Positions 30,028 to 38,394 of a stretch of DNA of 64,000 bases are shown in pieces. The DNA is from Actinomycetota bacterium (GTDB taxonomy: Bacteria; Actinomycetota; Acidimicrobiia; Acidimicrobiales; VFJN01). The notes under the pieces were generated by a model. It searched no databases and was not told where the DNA came from. It saw only the letters and a program-made list of their open reading frames with translations. The position numbers and the translations under genes are program-made. The stretch spans positions 14,199 through 78,198 of the forward strand of contig JBKOUY010000044.1 of NCBI GenBank assembly GCA_046723645.1, given 5' to 3'. Within the stretch, counting starts at the first letter, position 1. Every line of letters begins with the position of its first letter.

Positions 30028-32866
30028 GGAGCACCTCCACCGGATCGTCGCGATCGGCGCGCCGTTGGGCCGAGGCGGCGGCAACGACGGCGACGACCAG
30101 CGCGGCCGCTGCCAGGGCGACGACGACGGCGACGGCCGGGCGGAGCAGGGGATCGGGCCGGAACCCGGGCACGGGGTCGATGCGCTCGTAGGCCAACCAG
30201 GCGCCGAGCAGGGCGAGGGCCAGGCCGAGCCAGCAGCCGACGACCACGCCGGCCGTCAGCTCCACCAGGAGGACCCGGCGGTGCTGCCGTGCGGTCAGCC
30301 CCATGCGGCGGGCGAACGCGTAGCCCAGCACGCGACCCCGGCGACGGGCGTCCAGGTACACCGCGACGCCGCCGAGCACCAGCACGCCGGCCGCGATCCC
30401 CAGCGACTGCATGAACCCGAACGTCCACGAGACGGTCAGGAACGACGCCCGGTCGACCACGTCGGCGAAGCTCCTGCCCTCGGTGAATACCACCCTGTCG
30501 GCACGCAGGGCCTCGAGGGCCTGGGCGCGGTCCCCCCGAATCCACGCCTCCCGCACCACCGTGCGCACGCCGAGCTCGTCGAGGGCCGAGTCCGCCACGA
30601 ACATGGTCGGCAGGCCCCCCTTCATGCCAGGGAACGCCTGCACGGTCGCGACCTGCTCGACCGTGAGCCGGGTGGTCCCTCCGGCGATGATCCCGGCGTC
30701 GGTGGTGGCCGGGACGTCGGCGCCCACCACCAGGGCCGGCACCCGCCCGCCTACCGGCGGCGCTGCCAGCCGGTCGAGCAGCGTGCCCAGCGACGCACCG
30801 GCGAAGCTGGCGTCCCAGAAGGCAGCTTGCTCGAACGTGTCAGGATCGATGCCCAGCACCACCACGTCCTGCCGCCGGCCGCCCTCCTCCACCCAGCCCA
30901 GAGGGAACACGGCCACCTCGGTGGCCCGGTCGGCGAGCGCCGCCGGGATCTGCTGGTCCCCACCCAGCCGGACCGCCACGTCACTGCCGATGAAGGTCTT
31001 GGCCTTGGCCTGCAGCGTCGCATCCAGCGAGCGGTTCAGGGTGGCGGCATAGCCGAGCACGCCGGCGGCGATGGCGGACGCCGCCACCAGGCCGACGACC
31101 GCCACCCCGTAACGCGCCACCCGCCGGACCGCCAGGTACAGCGCCGTGGGCCAGGTGCGGCTGGCGGACCGCAGCCTGGGCAGCGCCAGCGCGAGCAGCC
31201 GCATCGCCACCGCCACTCCGGTCACCAGGAAGAGCACAGGGAACAGGAGCCCGAGGACGTCCACGCGGCTGACCTCGGCACCCCGGGTCACGGGCACGCC
31301 CCACTCTCCGAGCCGCCGGTACGACAGCAGGGTCGCCACCCCCAGTCCCAGTTCCCAGGGCACCTTGCCCACCCACGCCCGGCGGTGGTGCCGAGCATCA
31401 TGCGTGCGGACGCGGGCGGCGACCACGACCGCGACAGTAAGCGCCGTCAGCACCCAGGCGCCGACACCGGCCACGACCGCCCGCGTCATCGCCGCCGGCT
31501 CCAGCGCGGAGGACGGCCCCAGCCAGACCACTACGCCGTAGGCGAGCGCCACACCGGCGGCGCACCCCGCGAGGAGGGCCACGACCAGCTCCAGCACCGC
31601 CTTGACGCCCAGCGCGGCCGGCGACACCCCGCGGACCGTCAGCAGCGCCACTTCGCGGCGGCGCCGGTCGAACCACAGCGAGGCGGCCGCCATCACCAGG
31701 CCCACGCCCGCCAGCGCCGCGAACCCCGCCACCGGCCACACGCCGCCGCCGACCGATGTCTGGATCCCCCGCGCCCGGTCCACCACGAACGGCAGGTGGG
31801 AGTGGAAGAACTTCGACAGGAAGTCCTCGGCATCCCGGTACTGGACGGGCGGTGGCGTGAAGGTGACCGGGTTGCCGTTCTGATCGATGACGGTCAGGGG
31901 CCCGGGCCGCTGCGTGATCCGCGCGCCGTGGTGCTCGACATCGGCACACCAGCCCAGCGGCGACGACCGCTCCGATCCGCAGGCGAGATCGGTGACCAGT
32001 CGGTCGGCGTTGGCGATCGTCGGCTCGCCGTGCAACGGGGCGTCCCAGGCCCCGGCGGCGCCGGCGTCGTCGAGCGCCGTCACCAGGTCGACGAACGTAG
32101 ATCGATCGGCCAGCAGGACCGGCGGCGGTGGCTGCTCGACGTGCGGGGCCCTGGGGAGCAAGAGGTCGGCGTGGGCGCACCAGTAGTCATCCTCGACCGG
32201 TCCCGCCAGGTCGCGGTACACGCCGACGACGGCCACGTCAGCCGGGGCCGAGGGCCCACCCGCCGGATCCCCGAGCGGCGCGTCGCCCACCAGGGTCGCC
32301 CGATCGCCACGGCCCAGGCCGGCGCTGGAGGCGGCGCGGTCGCTGATCCACAGCCCCGGCCCCGGCGGCCCGGCGATCACGTCGACGTGGTCGAGGGCGC
32401 CGTCGCGCGTCAGGAGGACCGCCGGCACCTCGCCGGACCCGTCGCCGCGCACCAGCGCCACCGGCCGGCTGAACCACAGGACCGAGGGGCCGAGGTCGTC
32501 GGCCAGCGGCGTGAACGGGTCCGACCCGAGGTCGGGCCTCGATCCGTCCCCGGGATCCGGGAACCCGGTCGCCATGCTGACGCCCGTGTCACGGGGGCAG
32601 CGCTCGGCGGTCTGCACGGCGACTGACGCCGTGCCCACCGAGGACAGGAACAGCGGCACCGCCGCCACCGCCGCCGCTAGCACGGCGCAGGCTCCGGCCA
32701 CCGTCGCCAGCACGCCCGGCCGCCGGCGCAGCAGCCACGGCGCCCGCCGCCAGGGTGCGGACGATAGGGTTCCCAACGCGGAACGGATCCGTTGCCCCAT
32801 CGACCGGCGACCGTAGTGGTTCGGTCGGTGAGCACCGACGACCGAAAACGCGTCGCGCCCGTGCAA
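30014..32866 (-). CDS. FtsX/MacB-type ABC permease, fused double FtsX domain with a large extracytoplasmic loop
   Basis: 950 aa. An N-terminal TM, then a soluble loop of about 330 aa, then two blocks of hydrophobic helices typical of duplicated FtsX permeases. Start uncertain (TTG 32866 or ATG 32800). Confidence 0.8.
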   Translation of the reverse strand: MHGRDAFSVVGAHRPNHYGRRSMGQRIRSALGTLSSAPWRRAPWLLRRRPGVLATVAGACAVLAAAVAAVPLFLSSVGTASVAVQTAERCPRDTGVSMATGFPDPGDGSRPDLGSDPFTPLADDLGPSVLWFSRPVALVRGDGSGEVPAVLLTRDGALDHVDVIAGPPGPGLWISDRAASSAGLGRGDRATLVGDAPLGDPAGGPSAPADVAVVGVYRDLAGPVEDDYWCAHADLLLPRAPHVEQPPPPVLLADRSTFVDLVTALDDAGAAGAWDAPLHGEPTIANADRLVTDLACGSERSSPLGWCADVEHHGARITQRPGPLTVIDQNGNPVTFTPPPVQYRDAEDFLSKFFHSHLPFVVDRARGIQTSVGGGVWPVAGFAALAGVGLVMAAASLWFDRRRREVALLTVRGVSPAALGVKAVLELVVALLAGCAAGVALAYGVVVWLGPSSALEPAAMTRAVVAGVGAWVLTALTVAVVVAARVRTHDARHHRRAWVGKVPWELGLGVATLLSYRRLGEWGVPVTRGAEVSRVDVLGLLFPVLFLVTGVAVAMRLLALALPRLRSASRTWPTALYLAVRRVARYGVAVVGLVAASAIAAGVLGYAATLNRSLDATLQAKAKTFIGSDVAVRLGGDQQIPAALADRATEVAVFPLGWVEEGGRRQDVVVLGIDPDTFEQAAFWDASFAGASLGTLLDRLAAPPVGGRVPALVVGADVPATTDAGIIAGGTTRLTVEQVATVQAFPGMKGGLPTMFVADSALDELGVRTVVREAWIRGDRAQALEALRADRVVFTEGRSFADVVDRASFLTVSWTFGFMQSLGIAAGVLVLGGVAVYLDARRRGRVLGYAFARRMGLTARQHRRVLLVELTAGVVVGCWLGLALALLGAWLAYERIDPVPGFRPDPLLRPAVAVVVALAAAALVVAVVAAASAQRRADRDDPVEVLRAGV

Positions 32867-32872
32867 ACGGCG

Positions 32873-33283
32873 TCAGCGGCGGGCGCCGAGGACGACCCAG
32901 CGGTCCGAGGCGAACCGGGCCAGCAGGGTCGATGACCTCGTCAGCATCAGCAGACCCAGCGCTGCCCACAGCCAGCCGATGCCGGCGTCGAGGGTGAGGA
33001 CCAGCAGCGCCGCCGGGATGAACACGGCCGCGGCGAGGATGATGGCCCAGGCGAGGAAGCGCATGTCGCCAGCCCCGATCAGCACCCCGTCGAGCACGAA
33101 GGCCACGGCGTTCACCGGCTGGAGCGCCGCCACCCACAGCAGGAGGAAGCCCGCCAGCGCCAGCACCTGGGCGTCGTCGGTGAACAGATGGGGCAGGACG
33201 GTCCGCAGCAGCGCCACCAGCAGGCCCACGAGCGCCCCCAGCGCGACGCCCCATTCGATCATCCGCCGGCCCGCGTCCCTCAC
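32873..33283 (-). pseudogene. MATE (DinF/NorM-type) efflux transporter, C-terminal fragment
   Basis: WGVALGALVGLLVALLRTVLPHLFTDDAQVLALAGFLLLWVAALQPVNAVAFVLDGVLIGAGDMRFLA... matches MATE TM10-12. In-frame TGA TGA lies immediately upstream. Only about 130 of roughly 440 expected residues are present. Confidence 0.65.
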
Positions 33284-33666
33284 CGGCGTCGATGGACTGC
33301 TTGGTGACCTCCAAGACCGATGCCGTGTTCATCAGCCGGGAGCGCACGGAGGGCACGTCCTCAATGAGAACGCGGCCGAGTTCGACCAGGGCTTGCTCGC
33401 GCCGCTCGTGCATGCGGATGCTGCGCTGCACCCGCGGTGTGTGAGGAACCACTGCACGACGGCTGCAATCACGCCACCCAGCACGACGAGCAGAGCGTCC
33501 ACGCGGCCGCGGAGCTTAGGGCTCGACTGTCGCTGTCATCATCGCCGCCGGAGCGAGCACGCTGGGGTCCGAATTAAGCACCTGCCCCCCTCAGGCCAAG
33601 AAGGACCTTTGCGCGGCGGTCGAGCGGTAGCGTCGGCGTCGATATGGCGCTGAATCCGACCGCACG

Positions 33667-33903
33667 ATGAACGAACCCGACGAACTCGAACCCGTCATCC
33701 AATGTGGGCCTGGCGGTCGGGATACACCGGACGAGATCGCCGACGAGTTGGTGCGGATCGCTGACGCGCTACGCGGTGGTGACTACAGCTCAGGGTGGGC
33801 CGGCTTGGTCGCGGCCGCTCTCCGCCAGATCGCGGATCGCGTCGGGGCGACCGGCTATGACGAGATGGCCGAGGGCAGCCCGCCCCCCTCGGCATCGGGG
33901 TAG
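33667..33903 (+). CDS. orphan 78-aa acidic hypothetical protein inside the DNA that replaces the middle of the MATE gene
   Basis: MNEPDELEPVIQCGPGGRDTPDEIADELVRIADALRGG.... Plausible composition, no recognisable motif, weak RBS. Confidence 0.3.
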   Translation: MNEPDELEPVIQCGPGGRDTPDEIADELVRIADALRGGDYSSGWAGLVAAALRQIADRVGATGYDEMAEGSPPPSASG

Positions 33904-34059
33904 CCAGCGACGAGGGGTGAGCTTCGCCTCAGGCTTGCGCCGACCACATCTGCGGCACGCCACTCGACCGGGGTCGTGGTTGCCGGGACTATCCCTGGAG
34001 TAGCGGCCCTGGTCGGTTGCGCCGGCCCATCACGCGGCCCAGACTTCATCGCCCTAAGA

Positions 34060-34186
34060 AATCACTGAGCACATAGAGGGGCTCGGCGATGAGGGCACCG
34101 AACGCCGGAATGGCCAACCGGGCAATCTCGCGGTCGAGCGAGCGCCGTGCCGGCGGCCGGCGCCAAAGCATCTGGCTGCGAGCCAT
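34060..34186 (-). pseudogene. MATE efflux transporter, N-terminal fragment (about 42 codons)
   Basis: MARSQMLWRRPPARRSLDREIARLAIPAFGALIAEPLYVLSD matches the MATE TM1 consensus (LA.PA.GAL.AEPLY.L.D). Similarity ends at 34060, and a stop follows 4 codons later. Confidence 0.6.
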
Positions 34187-34195
34187 CCCGCTAGT

Positions 34196-35782
34196 GTGCC
34201 GACGCCCATGCGACGGACGGCCCCGAGATGGACGCGCCGCACGTTCCTGATCGGCTCCGGTGCCACCGCCGGGGCCGTGGTCCTCGCGGGCGCCGCCTGC
34301 TCGCCGTCCGACGACCCCCAAGACGACCCGCCCGGCGGCGCCGCCGGCGACGACGCAACCAGCGACACGCAGGGGGACCGGATGTCAGCGGATGGCGTAG
34401 TGAGCCTGGGCGACGTGCCCACGGAGGCGACGATCTTCGCGTGGATCCGTGAGGTCTTCGACCAGGGGATCCGCCGGCCCGGCTATCCGGCCGACGAGTG
34501 GGCGGAGGGGTGGACCGCCGACCGGTTCCGCAGCATCGGGCTCGACAACGTCCGTCTGGAGCCCATCACCGTCACCCGCTGGGAGCCCACGGACTGGTCG
34601 CTCGAGGTGACTGGACCCGACGGTGCGACGGCATCGCTCGATTGCTTTCCGGTGCCGTTCTCGGCTCCCGTCGACGGGCTCGAGGCCGAGGTCGCCGCCT
34701 TCGACCCGGCGGGACCCGGCGCCGTGCGGGGCAAGGCGTCACTGTTCGACGTGCCGCTGATCCGCATTCCCGCCGACCTGCTGGCCACGGCGGGCAGCGC
34801 ACCGGCCGCCCCCAGGGGACGGATCGTCGATCCCGATGGCAGCCTGGCCGGCGCCGAGCACGTCGTGCCCTTCGGCGCGCAGTTCCAGGCGGTCATGGAG
34901 CCGTCGATCGAGGCCGGGGCGGTGGCGTTCATCGGCACCCTCACCGACTACCCGGGCGACTCGTTCAACTACTTCGTGCCGTACGACGCCGTAGCCCGGC
35001 CGATCCCGGGCGTGTGGGTGAACGGCACCGACGGGGCGAGGCTGCGGGATCAGCTCGCCCGGGGCCCGGTGCGGGTACGGCTCACCGTGGCCTCCACGCG
35101 GGAGGAGGTCCGGTCGCACAACGTCGTGGGCGAGCTGGAGGGTGCGGACGACGAGACCGTCATCATCGGGTCCCACCACGACGGGCCGTGGGCGTCGGCC
35201 GTCGAGGACGGCAGCGGCATCTCGCTGGTGCTGGCACAGGCCACCTACTGGGCCGCCCAGCCGGTCGAGCGGAGGCCGCACCGGCTGGTGTTCCTGCTCC
35301 AGGGCGGCCACATGTCCGGCGGGGCGGGCCTGCTCGGCTACATCGAGGCGCACCGGGCCGAGCTGGCACAGGTCGTGCTCGAGGTCCACCTCGAGCATGC
35401 GGCGCGGGAGTTCACCGAGCGGGACGGCGACGTCGTCCCGACCGGCCAGCCGGTGCCGCGGTGGTTCTTCACGAGCCGCATCCCATCGCTGGAGGCGGCC
35501 GTGGCGGAGGCATTGCGGACGGAGGGGCTGGGCCGGTCGCTGATCCTGGCGCCCGACGCCTTCGGGGACCAGCCGCCGACCGATGGCGCGTTCTACCACC
35601 GCGAGGGCGTGCCGGTGATGAACTTCCTGACCGCCCCCTTCTACCTGTTCGACGCCATGGATACGCCCGACAAGATCGACCGCGAGCACCTGGAGCCGCT
35701 GACCCGCGCCACGATCCGCATCGTCGAGTCCACCCGCGGGGTGAGCGCGGCGGAGATGCGGGCGGGCGTGGTGACGTCGTGA
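34196..35782 (+). CDS. M28-family metallopeptidase with Tat-type signal
   Basis: RRTFLIGSGATAGAVVLAGAAC (twin-arginine plus lipobox-like), NVVGELEG, IGSHHDG, EDGSG. Confidence 0.75.
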   Translation: MPTPMRRTAPRWTRRTFLIGSGATAGAVVLAGAACSPSDDPQDDPPGGAAGDDATSDTQGDRMSADGVVSLGDVPTEATIFAWIREVFDQGIRRPGYPADEWAEGWTADRFRSIGLDNVRLEPITVTRWEPTDWSLEVTGPDGATASLDCFPVPFSAPVDGLEAEVAAFDPAGPGAVRGKASLFDVPLIRIPADLLATAGSAPAAPRGRIVDPDGSLAGAEHVVPFGAQFQAVMEPSIEAGAVAFIGTLTDYPGDSFNYFVPYDAVARPIPGVWVNGTDGARLRDQLARGPVRVRLTVASTREEVRSHNVVGELEGADDETVIIGSHHDGPWASAVEDGSGISLVLAQATYWAAQPVERRPHRLVFLLQGGHMSGGAGLLGYIEAHRAELAQVVLEVHLEHAAREFTERDGDVVPTGQPVPRWFFTSRIPSLEAAVAEALRTEGLGRSLILAPDAFGDQPPTDGAFYHREGVPVMNFLTAPFYLFDAMDTPDKIDREHLEPLTRATIRIVESTRGVSAAEMRAGVVTS

Positions 35783-35873
35783 CCTACCCCGAATCCGAAC
35801 ATGCGGCGGTTGGCGCCCCCATGGGGGCGCTATTCGCCGCAAGTTCGAAGGGTGACGGACCTACGCTGCGCCC

Positions 35874-37568
35874 ATGAGCGAGAGCGAGTCCCGCGTCGAC
35901 ATCAAGCACCGCAGCCGTGAGGTCACCGACGGGTTCGAGCGGGCGCCGGCAAGAGCCATGCTGCGGGCGATCGGCATGACCGACGACGACTGGGACAAGC
36001 CGCAGGTGGGCGTCGCCTCCTCGTGGAACGAGGTGACGCCGTGCAACATGCCGCTCGAGCGGCTGGCCAAGCGGACCAAGGAGGGCGTGCGGGCGGCCAG
36101 CGGGTTCCCGATCGAGTTCACGACGATCGCCGTGTCCGACGGCATCTCCATGGGCCACGAGGGGATGCGCGCGTCGCTGGTGTCGCGGGAGGTGATCGCA
36201 GACTCGGTCGAGACCGTGATGCACGCCGAGCGGATGGACGCCATGGTCACGCTCGCAGGCTGCGACAAGTCGCTGCCCGGCATGCTCATGGCCGCGGCCC
36301 GGCTCAACGTCCCGTCGGTGTTCGTCTACGGCGGGTCGATCCTTCCGGGCCACCACAACGGTCAGGCGCTCGACATCGTGAGCGTGTTCGAGGCCGTGGG
36401 GGCGCACGCCGCCGGTGGCCTGGACGCCGCGGGGCTCGAGGCCATCGAGCGCAACGCCTGCCCCACCGAGGGATCCTGCGCCGGGATGTTCACGGCCAAC
36501 ACGATGGCGTCGGTGGCCGAGGCCCTGGGCATGTCGCTGCCCGGGTCGGCGTCGGCTCCCGCCGTCGACCGGCGCCGCGACGACGTGGCCCGCGCATCGG
36601 GCGAAGCGGTGGTGCGGCTGCTCGAGGCCGGCATCCGGCCCCGCCAGGTCATGACCAAGCCGGCGTTCGAGAACGCGATCGCGGTGGTGATGGCGCTGGG
36701 AGGCTCGACCAACGCCGTGCTCCACCTGCTCGCGATCGCCGCCGAGGCCCGCGTCGACCTGGCGCTCGACGACTTCAACCGCGTGGCGGCCCGCGTGCCG
36801 CACATCGCCGACACCAAGCCGGCCGGCCGCTACCACATGAGCGACGTCGACCGGATCGGCGGCGTGCCGGTCGTCATGCGGCACCTGCTGGAGGCCGGGC
36901 TGCTCGACGGCGACTGCCTCACGGTGACCGGCCGCACCGTGGCCGAGAACCTGGCCGACATCGACCCGCCCGCGCCCGACGGTGACGTGATCCACCGCCT
37001 CGACGCCCCCATCCACGCCATCGGCGGCATCGCCGTGTTGACCGGCTCGTTGGCCCCGAAGGGGGCGGTGGTCAAGGTGGCCGGCATCACCGTCGATCGG
37101 TTCGAGGGCACCGCCCGTGTGTTCGACGGCGAGGACGGGGCGATGGACGCCATCCTCGCTGGGTCGATCGAGCCGGGAACGGTGGTGGTCATCCGCTACG
37201 AGGGGCCCAAGGGCGGCCCGGGGATGCGGGAGATGCTGGCCGTCACCGGCGCCATGAAGGGCGCCGGCCGCGGCGCCGACTGCGCCCTGGTGACCGACGG
37301 CCGCTTCTCGGGCGGCACCCACGGCTTCTGCGTCGGGCACGTGGCGCCCGAGGCCACCAACGGCGGCCCGATCGCACTCGTCGCCGACGGCGACCGGATC
37401 GTGATCGACGTGCCGTCGAAGACGGTCGACCTCGCCGTCGACGACGCCGAGCTGGCGCGCCGCCGCGCCGAGTGGAAGCTCCCGGAGCCCCGGTACACGT
37501 CCGGCGTGCTCGCCAAGTACGCCCGGCTGGCCTCGGGCGCCGAGCGCGGCGCCGTCACGGAGGCCTGA
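35874..37568 (+). CDS. ilvD: dihydroxy-acid dehydratase
   Basis: [51 protein letters not shown]. Confidence 0.93.
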   Translation: MSESESRVDIKHRSREVTDGFERAPARAMLRAIGMTDDDWDKPQVGVASSWNEVTPCNMPLERLAKRTKEGVRAASGFPIEFTTIAVSDGISMGHEGMRASLVSREVIADSVETVMHAERMDAMVTLAGCDKSLPGMLMAAARLNVPSVFVYGGSILPGHHNGQALDIVSVFEAVGAHAAGGLDAAGLEAIERNACPTEGSCAGMFTANTMASVAEALGMSLPGSASAPAVDRRRDDVARASGEAVVRLLEAGIRPRQVMTKPAFENAIAVVMALGGSTNAVLHLLAIAAEARVDLALDDFNRVAARVPHIADTKPAGRYHMSDVDRIGGVPVVMRHLLEAGLLDGDCLTVTGRTVAENLADIDPPAPDGDVIHRLDAPIHAIGGIAVLTGSLAPKGAVVKVAGITVDRFEGTARVFDGEDGAMDAILAGSIEPGTVVVIRYEGPKGGPGMREMLAVTGAMKGAGRGADCALVTDGRFSGGTHGFCVGHVAPEATNGGPIALVADGDRIVIDVPSKTVDLAVDDAELARRRAEWKLPEPRYTSGVLAKYARLASGAERGAVTEA

Positions 37569-37591
37569 CCCAGGGTCGTACGCTGGAGAAC

Positions 37592-38173
37592 ATGACGACC
37601 GAGCAGCCTCGGTGGCGGGGGATCAACCACCTCGCCCTCGTCACCACGGACATGGACCGGACGGTTCGCTTTTACCAGGGGGTCCTGGGCGCCAGGCTCG
37701 TCGCCACGATCGGGACCCCCGCGTTCCGGCACTACTTCTTCGAGTTCGGGCCGGAGTTGACCGTCGCGTTCTTCGAGTACCGCGACGCGGAGATCGAGCC
37801 GTTCGCCAAGCCGGCGGGGGTGCCCGACAGGCGCGCCGTCCAGTTCGACCATGTGTCCTTCAACCTTCCCGACGAGCACGCGCTCGAGGCGCTGCAGCGC
37901 CGGCTGAAGGAGCACGGCTGCGAGGTCACCGAGGTGGTCGACCACGGGATCATGCGCTCGATCTACTTCACCGACCCCGACGGCATCGCGCTCGAGGCGT
38001 CCTGGTGGGTGGTCGACGCGACCGGGCGGGACCCCGACTATGCCGACGAGCAGCTCTTCGGTGACACCGACCCCGTGCCGGCGCTGCGCGAGCTCGCAGC
38101 CCACGGGGAGGTCTCCACGACGCCGACGACGCGCCTGGTGAACGCCGACGACGACATCCGGGATCCGGCGTAG
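37592..38173 (+). CDS. VOC (glyoxalase/bleomycin-resistance/dioxygenase) family protein
   Basis: INHLALVTTDMDRTVRFYQGVLG...FDHVSFNL...IYFTDPDGIALE. Confidence 0.75.
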   Translation: MTTEQPRWRGINHLALVTTDMDRTVRFYQGVLGARLVATIGTPAFRHYFFEFGPELTVAFFEYRDAEIEPFAKPAGVPDRRAVQFDHVSFNLPDEHALEALQRRLKEHGCEVTEVVDHGIMRSIYFTDPDGIALEASWWVVDATGRDPDYADEQLFGDTDPVPALRELAAHGEVSTTPTTRLVNADDDIRDPA

Positions 38174-38234
38174 CGCAGAGGCACCGCTGGCCGTCTTGCC
38201 CCGGATCTGCACACCGTGCGAAGCTGATCGCCCG

Positions 38235-38270
38235 ATGCACGCGTACCGCCTCCTCGTAATCCTCAGTTAG
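38235..38270 (+). CDS. ilvB leader peptide (11 aa, branched-chain-rich)
   Basis: ATG CAC GCG TAC CGC CTC CTC GTA ATC CTC AGT TAG = MHAYRLLVILS. Five consecutive Leu/Val/Ile codons. Lies 125 nt upstream of ilvB and is followed by two hairpins, the second a terminator. Confidence 0.6.
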   Translation: MHAYRLLVILS

Positions 38271-38303
38271 CGCACGCCGGCCCCAACCCGCGTGCGCTCT
38301 CAC

Positions 38304-38335
38304 GACCTCCCACCGGGAGGTCGTTTCCGTTTTCG
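38304..38335 (+). terminator. intrinsic terminator (attenuator) in the ilvB leader
   Basis: gacctccc-acc-gggaggtc (perfect 8-bp stem) followed by gtttccgttttcg. The preceding alternative stem agcgcacgc/gcgtgcgct (38269-77 / 38290-98) overlaps the leader stop codon. Confidence 0.65.
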
Positions 38336-38394
38336 TCGAACTTCCTCCAATCACTTCCGCCAACCCCCGCCACACTCACAGGAGCACACACGCC

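Noticed and set aside
29978-32626. 882-aa plus-strand ORF opposite the FtsX permease
   Set aside because: The minus-strand product has coherent TM-helix architecture and operon context. The plus-strand product is an Arg/Gly/Pro/His-rich artefact.
33284-33560. Minus-strand ORF fragments (VDALLVVLGGVIAAVVQWFL... and MHERREQALVELGRVLIEDVPSVRSRL...) as a real gene
   Set aside because: The two protein-like stretches are in different frames. Each continuation is Cys/Ser/Ala-rich or runs into the MATE fragment out of frame. This is probably a decayed gene remnant, so it is noted only within the MATE replacement finding.
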